Source: an uncultured Bordetella sp. (GTDB taxonomy: Bacteria; Pseudomonadota; Gammaproteobacteria; Burkholderiales; Burkholderiaceae_E). From it: a stretch of DNA of 64,000 nucleotides. The DNA lies in contig CAYNRU010000029.1 of NCBI GenBank assembly GCA_964399635.1, positions 879 through 64,878 on the forward strand, written 5' to 3'. Positions within the stretch are counted from its first letter, which is position 1, and every line of letters starts with the position of its first letter. The notes under the pieces were generated by a model. The model was not told where the DNA came from. It worked only from the letters and a program-made list of their open reading frames with translations, and did not search any database. A program made the translations under genes and the position numbers. Positions 25,371 to 38,089 of this stretch are shown in pieces.

Positions 25371-27602
25371 TCAGACCTCCGGAGCCAGGGGAAGCGTGAA
25401 ATCGAAGGTCGCGCCCGAACCTGGACCGTCACGCGCCGACAGTCGACCGCCGTGCGCTGCGATGATCTGCCGACACACGGCCAGACCGAGTCCGAGACCG
25501 TTGGGCTTTGTCGTGAAGAACGGGTCGAAGACTCGCTCCAGCTGACCGGGGGCGATCCCGGGCCCATGATCCGAGATCGAGACGAGCGCGAGCCGTCCTT
25601 CCTGGATACCCGTCTTCACGACGATCCTGCGCTGGTCTGGCGCCACTTCACGCATCGCCTCACACGCGTTCATCGCCAGGTTCAGGACGACCTGTTGCAA
25701 TTGCACCCGGTCACCGTCGACATGTCTCAGGTCCGGCGCGAGATCGCTCAGCACCTTGACGTCCGCGTTCACGAGCGTGCTCTTGAGCAGCCGGAAAACG
25801 CTCTCCACCACATCGTTCAGATCGAATCGCTCCCGACGCATCTCGCCCCGTTTGAGCAACAGTCGCAGACCCTGGATGATCTCGCCGGCGCGCTTGTCGT
25901 CGCTGACCACGTCATGGAGGATGTCGCGTACCTCGGCCAGGTTCGGTGGCTTCGAATCCAAAAACCGAAGCGCCGCCTGGGCGTTGCTGAGGATCGCCGT
26001 CAGCGGCTGATTGAGCTCGTGCGCGAGCGACCCGGACAACTCGCTCAGCATGGTGACCCGTGCCAGGTGGCTGAGCTCGTTGTGCTGCGCCTCCAGCTGG
26101 GCTTCGACGCGCTTTCGCTCCGTGAGATCGATGAGCGATGCGAGCACTGTCTGCCTGCCGCGTACTCGGATGGCAGTCAGCCCGACCTCCATCGGAACGA
26201 TGCTGCCGTCCTTCCGACGGCCTGTCAGTTGCCGCTGCACCGGCGCACGGTCGACGTCGGCCGAGACGAGACCAGCGATATCCGCCGAGGACCACTCCTG
26301 CGCGGCTCCGGACAGGAGCGTCTGCACGTGACGTCCAACGAGTTCTTCCCGGGTTTGGCCGAACAATCGCTCCGCACCCGCATTCACGAGCACGACCGTG
26401 CCGTCGCGGTCGAAACCCAGCATGCCGAAGGCCGCCGCTTCGAGCAAGACCCGGAACTGCTCCGCCGCTTCGCGGCGGTCGGTCACATCGAATGTCACGC
26501 CCCGCAGAAGCACGGGTCTTCCTGCCGCATCCTTGTCCAGTCTGCCGCGCGTGTGGAGCCAGCGACTCGGGGCGCCGGCCGGGTTCACCCGGTATTCCAG
26601 ATCGAATTCACCGCCGATACGCAGCACCCTGGCTGATTCCGCATACGCCGCCGACCTGTCGGCAGGATCCAGTGCCTCCCGGATACGACGCAGGTCGATC
26701 CGACAGCTTCGATCGAAGCCAAGCAGCGCACGCGCCTGATCGCTCACCCGGAACTCCCCCTTTTCCAGATCGAACTCCCACGGCGCAAGCTGCGCTGCCT
26801 CTGCCGCCAGCCCCAGGTGATCCTGGTTCAGCCTGCGTTCCCGGTCGCTGTCCTTCAGGCGCGAGGCCAGCGCGGACGCCCTCACCACGTTCCTGCCGAG
26901 CTCTGCGCTGACGGCCAGCACGACGGCTGTGAACGGCAGTCCCAGCGTATAGACCGAATCGATGCTGCCGAACAGGATGAGATAGCCGTTCGCCGCAGCG
27001 CCGCCGACCGCGATCAGATAGCTGCCGCCGATGAGGGCCGCTCGTCGACGCGCCACCGGTTCGCCGCGGCGCCAGCATTCGATCATGGCGTCCGCCACGA
27101 ACACGAGGAACATTACGACCGCCGCCACGCCGACGGCAGTCCACGGGTTCACGATCCCGTCTGGAACCGACACGCGCGCCCCGCCAAACAGCTCGACCTG
27201 TCGGATCGACGTGATCGAAGTGAAATTGAGGTTCGATTCGATGGAAAAGTTGATCAGCAGTGCAGCCAGCCGCAGGGTGATCGCCGTTGCGGCGAGCCAC
27301 AATCGCCCGGCCTGCAGATACAGCCTGATGAAGACGATCGCCGAGATGAAGATTGCCGCGAGCCAGACGTGCGACCACCTGAGCAGGTCGCTGTAAGCGC
27401 CGCCGGACTGCGCTCGAAGCAGCTGCAGCTCGAAAAAAATATAGACCGTGATCGAAAAGGCGTTCACGGCGAAGGCCGCCAACGGGCTCAGCCTGCGCCG
27501 ATCCTGCAGTGCCGCTGCCAGGCAGATGACACCGACGCACGCAGTCACGCCTGCCAGGGCAGGCCACAAGACCGAGACCCAATCGAATTGCACTGGTGTC
27601 AC
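25371..27602 (-). CDS. Membrane sensor histidine kinase (multi-TM N-terminus, PAS domains, HisKA, HATPase)
   Basis: 743 aa. H-box SLAHELNQPLTAI, a G-box region (DHGPGI...FFTTKPNGLGLGL) and about 6-7 N-terminal TM helices. Its stop is 3 nt before the RR start. Confidence 0.85.
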   Translation of the reverse strand: MTPVQFDWVSVLWPALAGVTACVGVICLAAALQDRRRLSPLAAFAVNAFSITVYIFFELQLLRAQSGGAYSDLLRWSHVWLAAIFISAIVFIRLYLQAGRLWLAATAITLRLAALLINFSIESNLNFTSITSIRQVELFGGARVSVPDGIVNPWTAVGVAAVVMFLVFVADAMIECWRRGEPVARRRAALIGGSYLIAVGGAAANGYLILFGSIDSVYTLGLPFTAVVLAVSAELGRNVVRASALASRLKDSDRERRLNQDHLGLAAEAAQLAPWEFDLEKGEFRVSDQARALLGFDRSCRIDLRRIREALDPADRSAAYAESARVLRIGGEFDLEYRVNPAGAPSRWLHTRGRLDKDAAGRPVLLRGVTFDVTDRREAAEQFRVLLEAAAFGMLGFDRDGTVVLVNAGAERLFGQTREELVGRHVQTLLSGAAQEWSSADIAGLVSADVDRAPVQRQLTGRRKDGSIVPMEVGLTAIRVRGRQTVLASLIDLTERKRVEAQLEAQHNELSHLARVTMLSELSGSLAHELNQPLTAILSNAQAALRFLDSKPPNLAEVRDILHDVVSDDKRAGEIIQGLRLLLKRGEMRRERFDLNDVVESVFRLLKSTLVNADVKVLSDLAPDLRHVDGDRVQLQQVVLNLAMNACEAMREVAPDQRRIVVKTGIQEGRLALVSISDHGPGIAPGQLERVFDPFFTTKPNGLGLGLAVCRQIIAAHGGRLSARDGPGSGATFDFTLPLAPEV

Positions 27603-27756
27603 GGATGATCGGCGCGAAAGTCGGGATTCATTCCGACCCGATCGTGCACGGGTACGACACGCCCGAGTTGACCGAGGTCAAGCACAGCCGAATCTCGTGA
27701 TACGCCCGTATCGAGCGTTCGGGAACGGGCGCCCGCGCGCCACGTCCTCCAACGTG

Positions 27757-31556
<3,800 letters not shown>

Positions 31557-31770
31557 TCCCTCTGTAATCTGTTGTCAGTTAGTTGTTGTGGTCGGTGGAT
31601 ATGTGCAAAACCCCTGCGGGCCGCACCGGTGCTGGCTGGGCGGGCTTTGCGAACCCTGTGCACGGTGTGGCTGGCTTCATTGCGTGACTGGGGACGGATC
31701 GTGAGGCAGTCCCGCCGCAGGCCGGTTGCCCACCGCGGCGTACGTCAGCCGCACCCGCTTGTCCCCCGGG

Positions 31771-31779
31771 TTGTCCACA
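31771..31779. promoter_or_regulatory. DnaA-box variant TTGTCCACA (8/9)
   Basis: 15 nt downstream of the dnaA stop, in the 237-bp dnaA-dnaN spacer. A second weaker box (ATATCCACC on the minus strand, 31594-31602) lies in an unusually AT-rich patch. Confidence 0.35.
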
Positions 31780-31793
31780 GGCAGGCTGCCGGC

Positions 31794-33236
31794 TCACAGG
31801 TACTCCCGCAGCGTCTGGTCGAGCACGTGGATCTGGTGGTTGAGCTCCGGCCGGTGCTGGCGCAGCTCGGTGATCTTGCGCACCGCGTGCAGCACCGTGG
31901 TGTGGTCGCGCCCACCGAACAGCTCGCCGATCTCGGGCAGGCTCTTCTGGGTCAGCTCCTTGGCGAGGTACATCGCGATCTGCCTGGGCAGCGCGATGTT
32001 GGCCGGGCGCCGCTTGCTGTACATGTCGGCGACCTTCATCTTGTAGAAGTCGGCCACCGTCTTCTGGATGAACTCCACAGAGATCTGGCCGCGGTTGAAC
32101 GACAGCAGGTCCTTCAGCGCCTCCTTGACCAGCTCCAGGGTGATCGGCTGGCCGCGAAACTGCGCGTAGGCGAGGATGCGGCGCAGCGCTCCCTCGAGCT
32201 CGCGGACGTTCTGGCGGATGTGCTTGGCCACGAAGAAGGCAACGTCGCCGTCGAGCCGGTGGCCGGCGAACTCGGCCTTGCGCATCACGATCGCCACGCG
32301 CATCTCGAGCTCGGGTGGCTCGATGGCCACGATCAGCCCCGAGTTGAAGCGCGAGATCAGGCGGTCGTCGATACCGGACATCTCCTTGGGGTAGGTGTCC
32401 GACGTGATGATGATCTGCTTGCGCTCGGCGATCAGGTTCTCGAAGGCGTAGAAGAACTCCTCCTGGGAGCGCTCCTTGCCGGCAAAGAACTGGATGTCGT
32501 CGATCAGCAGGAGGTCGAGCGAGTGGTAGTAACGCTTGAACTCGTCGACTGACTGGCGCCGGATCGAGGCCACCATGTCCTGGAAGAACTGGTTGGCGGT
32601 GATGTAGCGCACGTTGGCGCCCGGCGCCCGCGCGATGATGCTGTTGCCCACCGCGTGGATCAGGTGGGTCTTGCCCAGGCCCACGCCGCCGTACAGGAAC
32701 AGCGGGTTGTAGGCGCCGCCCGGGCGATCGGCCACCTGCAGCGCGGCGGCGCGGGCGAGGTCGTTGGCCTTGCCGGTGACGAAGGTCTCGAAGGTCAGGT
32801 CGGGGTTCAGCCGCGAGCGCTCGGCCGCGGGCGACACCGACGGCTGCAGCGCCGAGAAGCCGGGTTGCATGCCGGTCTGGGCCGCGAAGCCGGGCAGCGC
32901 CGGCCCGGGGTCGAGGACGAGCGGCTCGATCGCGTTGCGCGCGGCCGGCGAGGGCATCGTTGCGTGCTGAGTCGCCGGAGGGTCGTCGGCCCCCGCGGCG
33001 ATCTCGAAGCTGACGCGCGCATCGGGGCTGATCAGCTGCGTCGCGAGCTCGGAGATGCGGTCCCCGTATTGCGTGCGCACCCAGTCGAGCTTGACGCGGT
33101 TGGGTGCGCCGAGCTTCAGTGTGTGCTCGTCCTCGTCGTAGCCCAGAAACACCAGGGGCTTGATCCAGGTCCGGTACAGCTGGGCCGGGAGTTCGCTCTC
33201 GAGGTGTGACGCGCAGGCTTGCCAGAGGTCGTTCAT
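31794..33236 (-). CDS. dnaA: Chromosomal replication initiator protein
   Basis: 480 aa. Walker [11 protein letters not shown], sensor motifs, and the C-terminal DNA-binding domain (HTTVLHA). Confidence 0.95.
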   Translation of the reverse strand: MNDLWQACASHLESELPAQLYRTWIKPLVFLGYDEDEHTLKLGAPNRVKLDWVRTQYGDRISELATQLISPDARVSFEIAAGADDPPATQHATMPSPAARNAIEPLVLDPGPALPGFAAQTGMQPGFSALQPSVSPAAERSRLNPDLTFETFVTGKANDLARAAALQVADRPGGAYNPLFLYGGVGLGKTHLIHAVGNSIIARAPGANVRYITANQFFQDMVASIRRQSVDEFKRYYHSLDLLLIDDIQFFAGKERSQEEFFYAFENLIAERKQIIITSDTYPKEMSGIDDRLISRFNSGLIVAIEPPELEMRVAIVMRKAEFAGHRLDGDVAFFVAKHIRQNVRELEGALRRILAYAQFRGQPITLELVKEALKDLLSFNRGQISVEFIQKTVADFYKMKVADMYSKRRPANIALPRQIAMYLAKELTQKSLPEIGELFGGRDHTTVLHAVRKITELRQHRPELNHQIHVLDQTLREYL

Positions 33237-33344
33237 TCGGGGGTGAATCGGGTCACGGCTCGATGCTCGGGATGCGGGACCGGGGGTGGCCGCGCGCGTG
33301 GGCGGCTGAACCGCGAATCACTGAAAGGAAACGGGAATTTTACC

Positions 33345-33353
33345 TTATCCACA
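33345..33353. promoter_or_regulatory. Perfect DnaA box TTATCCACA
   Basis: Read directly in the rpmH/dnaA divergent spacer, 109 nt upstream of the dnaA start. Confidence 0.7.
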
Positions 33354-33442
33354 GGCTGAAGGCACGGCCGCGCTGGCGCCGGACCGGGGTGTGGGGACCG
33401 GCCGCCACCCTGCCACGTCCCGGCAACGGCGCCGGCCCCAAA

Positions 33443-33471
33443 TTGACAGGGCGTCCCGAGCTTGATGTAAT
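33443..33471 (+). promoter_or_regulatory. Sigma70-type promoter candidate for rpmH-rnpA-yidD-yidC
   Basis: TTGACA (33443-33448), a 17-nt spacer, then TGTAAT (33466-33471), about 28 nt upstream of the rpmH ATG. Confidence 0.5.
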
Positions 33472-33498
33472 GGCAGGCTTTTTCAAAAAAAGACCGTC

Positions 33499-33633
33499 AT
33501 GAAACGCACGTATCAACCTTCGGTGGTTCGCCGCAAGCGCACCCATGGCTTCCTGGTGCGGATGAAGACCCGCGGTGGCCGCGCAGTCATCCGCGCGCGT
33601 CGCGCCAAGGGCCGCAAGCGCCTGGGCGTCTGA
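33499..33633 (+). CDS. rpmH: 50S ribosomal protein L34
   Basis: Hand translation gives [44 protein letters not shown] (44 aa). It is too short for the ORF track. Confidence 0.95.
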   Translation: MKRTYQPSVVRRKRTHGFLVRMKTRGGRAVIRARRAKGRKRLGV

Positions 33634-33658
33634 TCGACCGGCTTGCGCGGAGGCGCGC

Positions 33659-34135
33659 GTGCCCATCGAGGGTCCGCCCGGCGCCGTCGCAGGATCCGCG
33701 GACGCTCCGGGCCCGGCCGCAGCGGACGGCGCCAGAGTCGTGCCGACCGCATCGGCCGGCGCAAGGCGCCCTGTGCGGCTGGTCGGTGCGCACTTCGTCG
33801 TCGGCGCACGCCGCACCACCGATGCAGCGACTCCCCGACTGATGATGGCCATCCCCAAGAAGCTCGTGCCCTCGTCGCCGGTGCGCAACCTGGTCCGGCG
33901 CGTGATCCGCGAGTCCCACCGCGCCGCCTGCGTACGCCATCGGCTGGCGCTTGAGGCGCTGTCGGTGAAGGTGCAGCTGGTCAAGGTGCCGCAGGATCCG
34001 GCCACACCGGCGCTCGACCCCAGGGGTCGCGCGCGGCGTCCGTTCGCGCGGCGCCCGGCCGACGGCGCACTCAAGCGCGCCGTCCGTGCCGAGGTCGACG
34101 GTCTCATCGCGCGCCTCCTGCCGCGTGCGGCCTGA
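33659..34135 (+). CDS. rnpA: Ribonuclease P protein component
   Basis: GTG 33659 is preceded by GGAGG. Conserved core RLMMAIPKKLVPSSPVRNLVRRVIRE and synteny after rpmH. The exact start is uncertain. Confidence 0.8.
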   Translation: MPIEGPPGAVAGSADAPGPAAADGARVVPTASAGARRPVRLVGAHFVVGARRTTDAATPRLMMAIPKKLVPSSPVRNLVRRVIRESHRAACVRHRLALEALSVKVQLVKVPQDPATPALDPRGRARRPFARRPADGALKRAVRAEVDGLIARLLPRAA

Positions 34136-34154
34136 GCCGCTAAGGCCACTCGCC

Positions 34155-34565
34155 ATGGATCCGAGCGCCCTCCCCGCGATGCTCGGCCGGCTGCCGTCGC
34201 GCGGTGCCGCGGCGCTGATCGCGGTCTACCGCTATGGCATCAGCCCGATCATCGGGCCGCGCTGCCGCTACTATCCGTCCTGCTCCGAGTACGGGCTGCA
34301 GGCGCTCGAGCGTTTCGGGTTCGTCCGAGGGCTGTGGCTGACCGGCGCGCGGCTCGTGCGCTGCCACCCGTGGCACGCGGGCGGCGTCGACCCGCTCCCC
34401 GATGCCTTCGAGCCGCCCGCCGCGGGCCGCTACCTCGGCCGCGTGCTGCGCACCCGGCCGGCCGGTGGGGCCGATCCGGCCGCGACGCACGCAGGCGCGT
34501 TACCCTCCACTCCCTGCGCCCCGACCCGCCCGCCGCGGGACGATGGCCAGCCCTCGCCTTTCTAG
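34155..34565 (+). CDS. yidD: Membrane protein insertion efficiency factor YidD, with a long Pro/Ala/Arg-rich tail
   Basis: ALIAVYRYGISPIIGPRCRYYPSCSEYGLQALERFG...RCHPWHAGGVDP. Confidence 0.85.
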   Translation: MDPSALPAMLGRLPSRGAAALIAVYRYGISPIIGPRCRYYPSCSEYGLQALERFGFVRGLWLTGARLVRCHPWHAGGVDPLPDAFEPPAAGRYLGRVLRTRPAGGADPAATHAGALPSTPCAPTRPPRDDGQPSPF

Positions 34566-34575
34566 AGTCCCCGCC

Positions 34576-36300
34576 ATGCAGACCCAACGCACCATCCTCT
34601 GGGTGATCTTCACGATGTCGCTGCTGTTCCTCTGGGACGCCTGGCAGCGCAACCAGGGTCAACCGTCGATGTTCGGCGGCTCCAGCCCGGCACAGCAGCA
34701 GCCCGCCAAGGCAGACGCCCCCGGCACGGCGGTCGCGCCCGGCAAGACCGAGAGCTCAGTGCCGCCGGTGGGATCGGCCGCGGTGCCCGCGCTGCCGGCG
34801 GCCGCCGGCAGCAGCGCCGTGCCCGGGTCGGCGCCTGCCGCGGCCGCGGCAGCCGCCGCGGTCGTGCGCATCACCACCGACGTGCTCGCGATCGACATCG
34901 ATCCGGTGGGCGGCGAGCTGATGCGCGCCGAGCTGCTGAAGTTCAAGGACACCGAGGCCAAGACCGGCAACGTCGTGCTGTTCGACCGGAAGACCGGTCA
35001 CACCTACGTGGCGCAGAGTGGGCTGATCGGTGCCGGCGGCGCCGCCTTCCCGACGCACCGCACGCCATTCGAGGTGAAGCCCGGGCCGCGCACGCTCGAA
35101 CCCGGCACCGACGAGCTGGTCGTCTCGATGGTCGCCGAGAGCGGCGGCGCGAAGATGGTCCGCAGCTACGTGTTCCGCCGCGGCTCGTACCAGATCGACA
35201 TGAAGACCGAGGTCACCAACACCGGGGCCGCGCCGATCAAGCCGACGCTGTACCTGCAGCTGACGCGCGACGCCACCGCGCCGCCCGGCGAGTCGCAGTT
35301 CTACAGCACCTACACCGGCCCGGTCGTCTACACCGACAAGGACAAGTTCCAGAAGGTCGACTTCTCCTCGATCGAGAAGGGCAAGGCCGAGCACGCCAAG
35401 TCCGCCAATGATGGCTGGGTCGGGATGATTCAGCACTACTTCGTGTCGGCGTGGGTGCCCAGCGACACGTTTCCGCGCGAGTACTTCACCCGCAAGGTCG
35501 ACGCCGCGGTGTACTCGGTCGGCATCCTCGAGCCGATGAAGGACATCGCCCCCGGGGCGACCGAGACGATGAACACCAAGCTCTACGTCGGGCCGCAGGA
35601 CCAGAAGGTGCTGTCCGAGGTAGCGCCCGGGCTGGAGCTGAGCGTCGACTACGGCTGGCTGACCGTGTTCGCCAAGCCGCTGTTCTGGCTGCTGCAGTTC
35701 CTGTACGGCGTCGTGCAGAACTGGGGCTGGGCGATCGTGCTGCTGACCATCGTGGTGAAGCTCGCGTTCTTCCCGCTGCAGGCGGCGAGCTACCGCTCGA
35801 TGGCCAAGATGAAGAAGGTCACGCCCAAGCTCACCGCCCTGCGCGAGCGCTACGGCAACGACCGCGCCAAGCTCAACCAGGCGATGATGGAGTTGTACAA
35901 GACCGAGAAGATCAATCCGCTCGGCGGCTGCCTGCCGATCGTTGTGCAGATCCCGGTGTTCATCGCGCTGTACTGGGTGCTGCTCGCGTCGGTCGAGGTG
36001 CGCAACGCGCCCTGGATCGGCTGGATCCGCGACCTGGCCGTGCCCGATCCCTTCTACATCCTGCCGCTGCTGATGGCCGGCACCATGATCATCCAGACGC
36101 GCCTGAACCCGGTGCCGCCCGATCCGCTGCAGGCCAAGATGATGATGTGGATGCCGGTGATCTTCTCGGTGATGTTCTTCTTCTTTCCGGCGGGCCTGGT
36201 GCTGTACTGGCTGGTCAACAACCTGTTCTCGATCGCGCAGCAGTGGGTGATCACCCGCCGGATCGAGGGCAAGCCGGTGTTCGGGCGCGCGCCCGCCTGA
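34576..36300 (+). CDS. yidC: Membrane protein insertase YidC
   Basis: ATG 34576. N-terminal TM MQTQRTILWVIFTMSLLFLW, a large periplasmic domain, and conserved C-terminal TM core (NPLGGCLPIVVQIPVFIALYW). Confidence 0.95.
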   Translation: MQTQRTILWVIFTMSLLFLWDAWQRNQGQPSMFGGSSPAQQQPAKADAPGTAVAPGKTESSVPPVGSAAVPALPAAAGSSAVPGSAPAAAAAAAAVVRITTDVLAIDIDPVGGELMRAELLKFKDTEAKTGNVVLFDRKTGHTYVAQSGLIGAGGAAFPTHRTPFEVKPGPRTLEPGTDELVVSMVAESGGAKMVRSYVFRRGSYQIDMKTEVTNTGAAPIKPTLYLQLTRDATAPPGESQFYSTYTGPVVYTDKDKFQKVDFSSIEKGKAEHAKSANDGWVGMIQHYFVSAWVPSDTFPREYFTRKVDAAVYSVGILEPMKDIAPGATETMNTKLYVGPQDQKVLSEVAPGLELSVDYGWLTVFAKPLFWLLQFLYGVVQNWGWAIVLLTIVVKLAFFPLQAASYRSMAKMKKVTPKLTALRERYGNDRAKLNQAMMELYKTEKINPLGGCLPIVVQIPVFIALYWVLLASVEVRNAPWIGWIRDLAVPDPFYILPLLMAGTMIIQTRLNPVPPDPLQAKMMMWMPVIFSVMFFFFPAGLVLYWLVNNLFSIAQQWVITRRIEGKPVFGRAPA

Positions 36301-36397
36301 CGCGCCGCGCATGAGCTTAGCCTCCGATCGCATGAGCTTGCGGTCGGAGCGGCGCGGGGCGAGGCTGCATCTCCCCTCGTCCATCGACCGCGTTCAC

Positions 36398-37300
36398 GTG
36401 AACTTCCAGCAGCTGCGCTCGTTGCGCGAGACGGCCCGCCGTGGCCTGAACCTGACCGCCGCCGCCGAGGTGCTCCACACCTCGCAGCCAGCCCTCTCCA
36501 AGCAGATCCGCGAGCTCGAGGACGAGCTCGGCGTGCAGCTGTTCGTGCGTCACGGCAAGCGCTACACGCAGCTCACCGAGGCCGGCGAGAAGATCGTCGA
36601 GGCCGCCGGGCGCGTGCTCGACGAGGCCGCGGCGCTGCGCAAGATCGGCGAGCAGTACGCCGAGGGCCATGCGGGCACGCTGTCGATCGCGGCCACCCAC
36701 ACGCAGGCGCGCTACGTGCTGCCCGCGGTGCTCGCGCGCTTCAAGGCCGAGTTCCCGGCGATGCAGTTCCGGCTCCTGCAGGGCAGTCCCGAGCAGGTGG
36801 CCGAGTACGTGGTGCACGGCGACGCGACCTTCGGGCTGGCCACCGAGACGCTCGACGCGCATCCCTCGCTCGACACCCGGCCTGCCTACGCGTGGCGGCA
36901 CTGCCTGATCGTGCCGCCTTCGCATCCGCTCGCGGTGGCCGGCGTGCCCCCGACGCTCGCCGAACTCGCGACGATGCCGCTGATCACCTACACGCCGCAG
37001 TTCGCGGGGCGCCGCGGCATCGACGCCGCGTTCGCCAGGCAGGGCATGATCCCGAACGTCGTGCTCGAGGCCATCGACTCCGACGTGATCAAGGCCTACG
37101 TGGAGCTCGGTTTCGGGGTGGGCGTGATCGCCGACGTCGCGGTCGACCCCGAGCGCGACCGCGGCGTGGTGCGCATCGATGCGTCCGCGCTGTTCCCCGA
37201 GAAGACCGCGCGCATCGCCAGCCGCATCGGTATGCCGCTGCTGCCCTTCGAGCGGCGCTTCGTGCAGCTGGTGCGCGAGTTCGGGCAGCCGCCCGCCTGA
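36398..37300 (+). CDS. LysR-family regulator, CysB/Cbl-like
   Basis: N-terminus (V)NFQQLRSLRETARRGLNLTAAAEVLHTSQPALSKQIRELEDELGVQLF resembles CysB-type HTH. The GTG 36398 start is chosen by similarity; the track ORF begins at 36311. Confidence 0.8.
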   Translation: MNFQQLRSLRETARRGLNLTAAAEVLHTSQPALSKQIRELEDELGVQLFVRHGKRYTQLTEAGEKIVEAAGRVLDEAAALRKIGEQYAEGHAGTLSIAATHTQARYVLPAVLARFKAEFPAMQFRLLQGSPEQVAEYVVHGDATFGLATETLDAHPSLDTRPAYAWRHCLIVPPSHPLAVAGVPPTLAELATMPLITYTPQFAGRRGIDAAFARQGMIPNVVLEAIDSDVIKAYVELGFGVGVIADVAVDPERDRGVVRIDASALFPEKTARIASRIGMPLLPFERRFVQLVREFGQPPA

Positions 37301-37340
37301 CAGGACGATCGCGGCCCGCTGGGGCTAGGATGCGTCCACC

Positions 37341-38066
37341 ATGACCGAAGCGACCCCCGCCGATACCCTCGCCGCCCTGCCCGGCGTCGCCCGCCCGAGA
37401 GGCCTGCTGCTCGACTTCGGGTCGGTGATCAGCGTGTCGATCTTCGAGCGGCACCGCGAGACCGAGCGCATCCTCGGCCTGCCCGCCGGCCGGCTCGACT
37501 GGCTGGGCGCGCTGGACCCCGCCACCGACCCGCTGTGGCAGGCGATGCAGCGCGACGAGATCACCGAGCGCGACTACTGGGCGACGCGCGCGCGGCAGAC
37601 CGGCGAGGCGGTGGGCGAGCCGGGCTGGGACATGCGCACGATGCTCTCGCGCATCCGCCAGCAGGACCCGGCGGCCGTCGTGCGACCCGCGATGGCCGAG
37701 CTCGTCGAGGCGGCTCACGCGCAGGGCGTGCGGCTGGGCATCCTCACCAACGAGCTCGAGCTCTTCCACGGGCGCGCGTCCATGGACCGCATGCCGGTGC
37801 TCGCGCGCTTCCCGGTGCTGGTGGACGCCACGCACACCGGGATCCTCAAGCCCGACCCCGCGGCCTACGCGCTCGCGGTCGATGCGATGGGCCTCGCGCC
37901 CCAGGAGATCCTGTTTGTCGACGACCAGTTCCGCAATATCGCGGGCGCCGTGCGCGCCGGCCTGCAGGTGCAGTACTTCGACCTGCGGGACGTGCCCGGC
38001 CAGCTCCTCGCCATCGCGGCGCGGCTCGGCCTCGCCATGCGACCGACCGACGGCGCCGCCCGCTGA
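37341..38066 (+). CDS. HAD-superfamily phosphatase-like protein
   Basis: LLLDFGSV (motif I-like), ILTN, and FVDDQFRNIAGA (motif IV-like). Confidence 0.65.
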   Translation: MTEATPADTLAALPGVARPRGLLLDFGSVISVSIFERHRETERILGLPAGRLDWLGALDPATDPLWQAMQRDEITERDYWATRARQTGEAVGEPGWDMRTMLSRIRQQDPAAVVRPAMAELVEAAHAQGVRLGILTNELELFHGRASMDRMPVLARFPVLVDATHTGILKPDPAAYALAVDAMGLAPQEILFVDDQFRNIAGAVRAGLQVQYFDLRDVPGQLLAIAARLGLAMRPTDGAAR

Positions 38067-38089
38067 CACCCCGCTCCAGGAGCCCCACG

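Noticed and set aside
33237-33498. The rpmH/dnaA spacer as the complete replication origin.
   Set aside because: It has only one convincing DnaA box and no clear AT-rich unwinding element. It is more simply the dnaA and rpmH promoter region. It is kept only as a question under findings.
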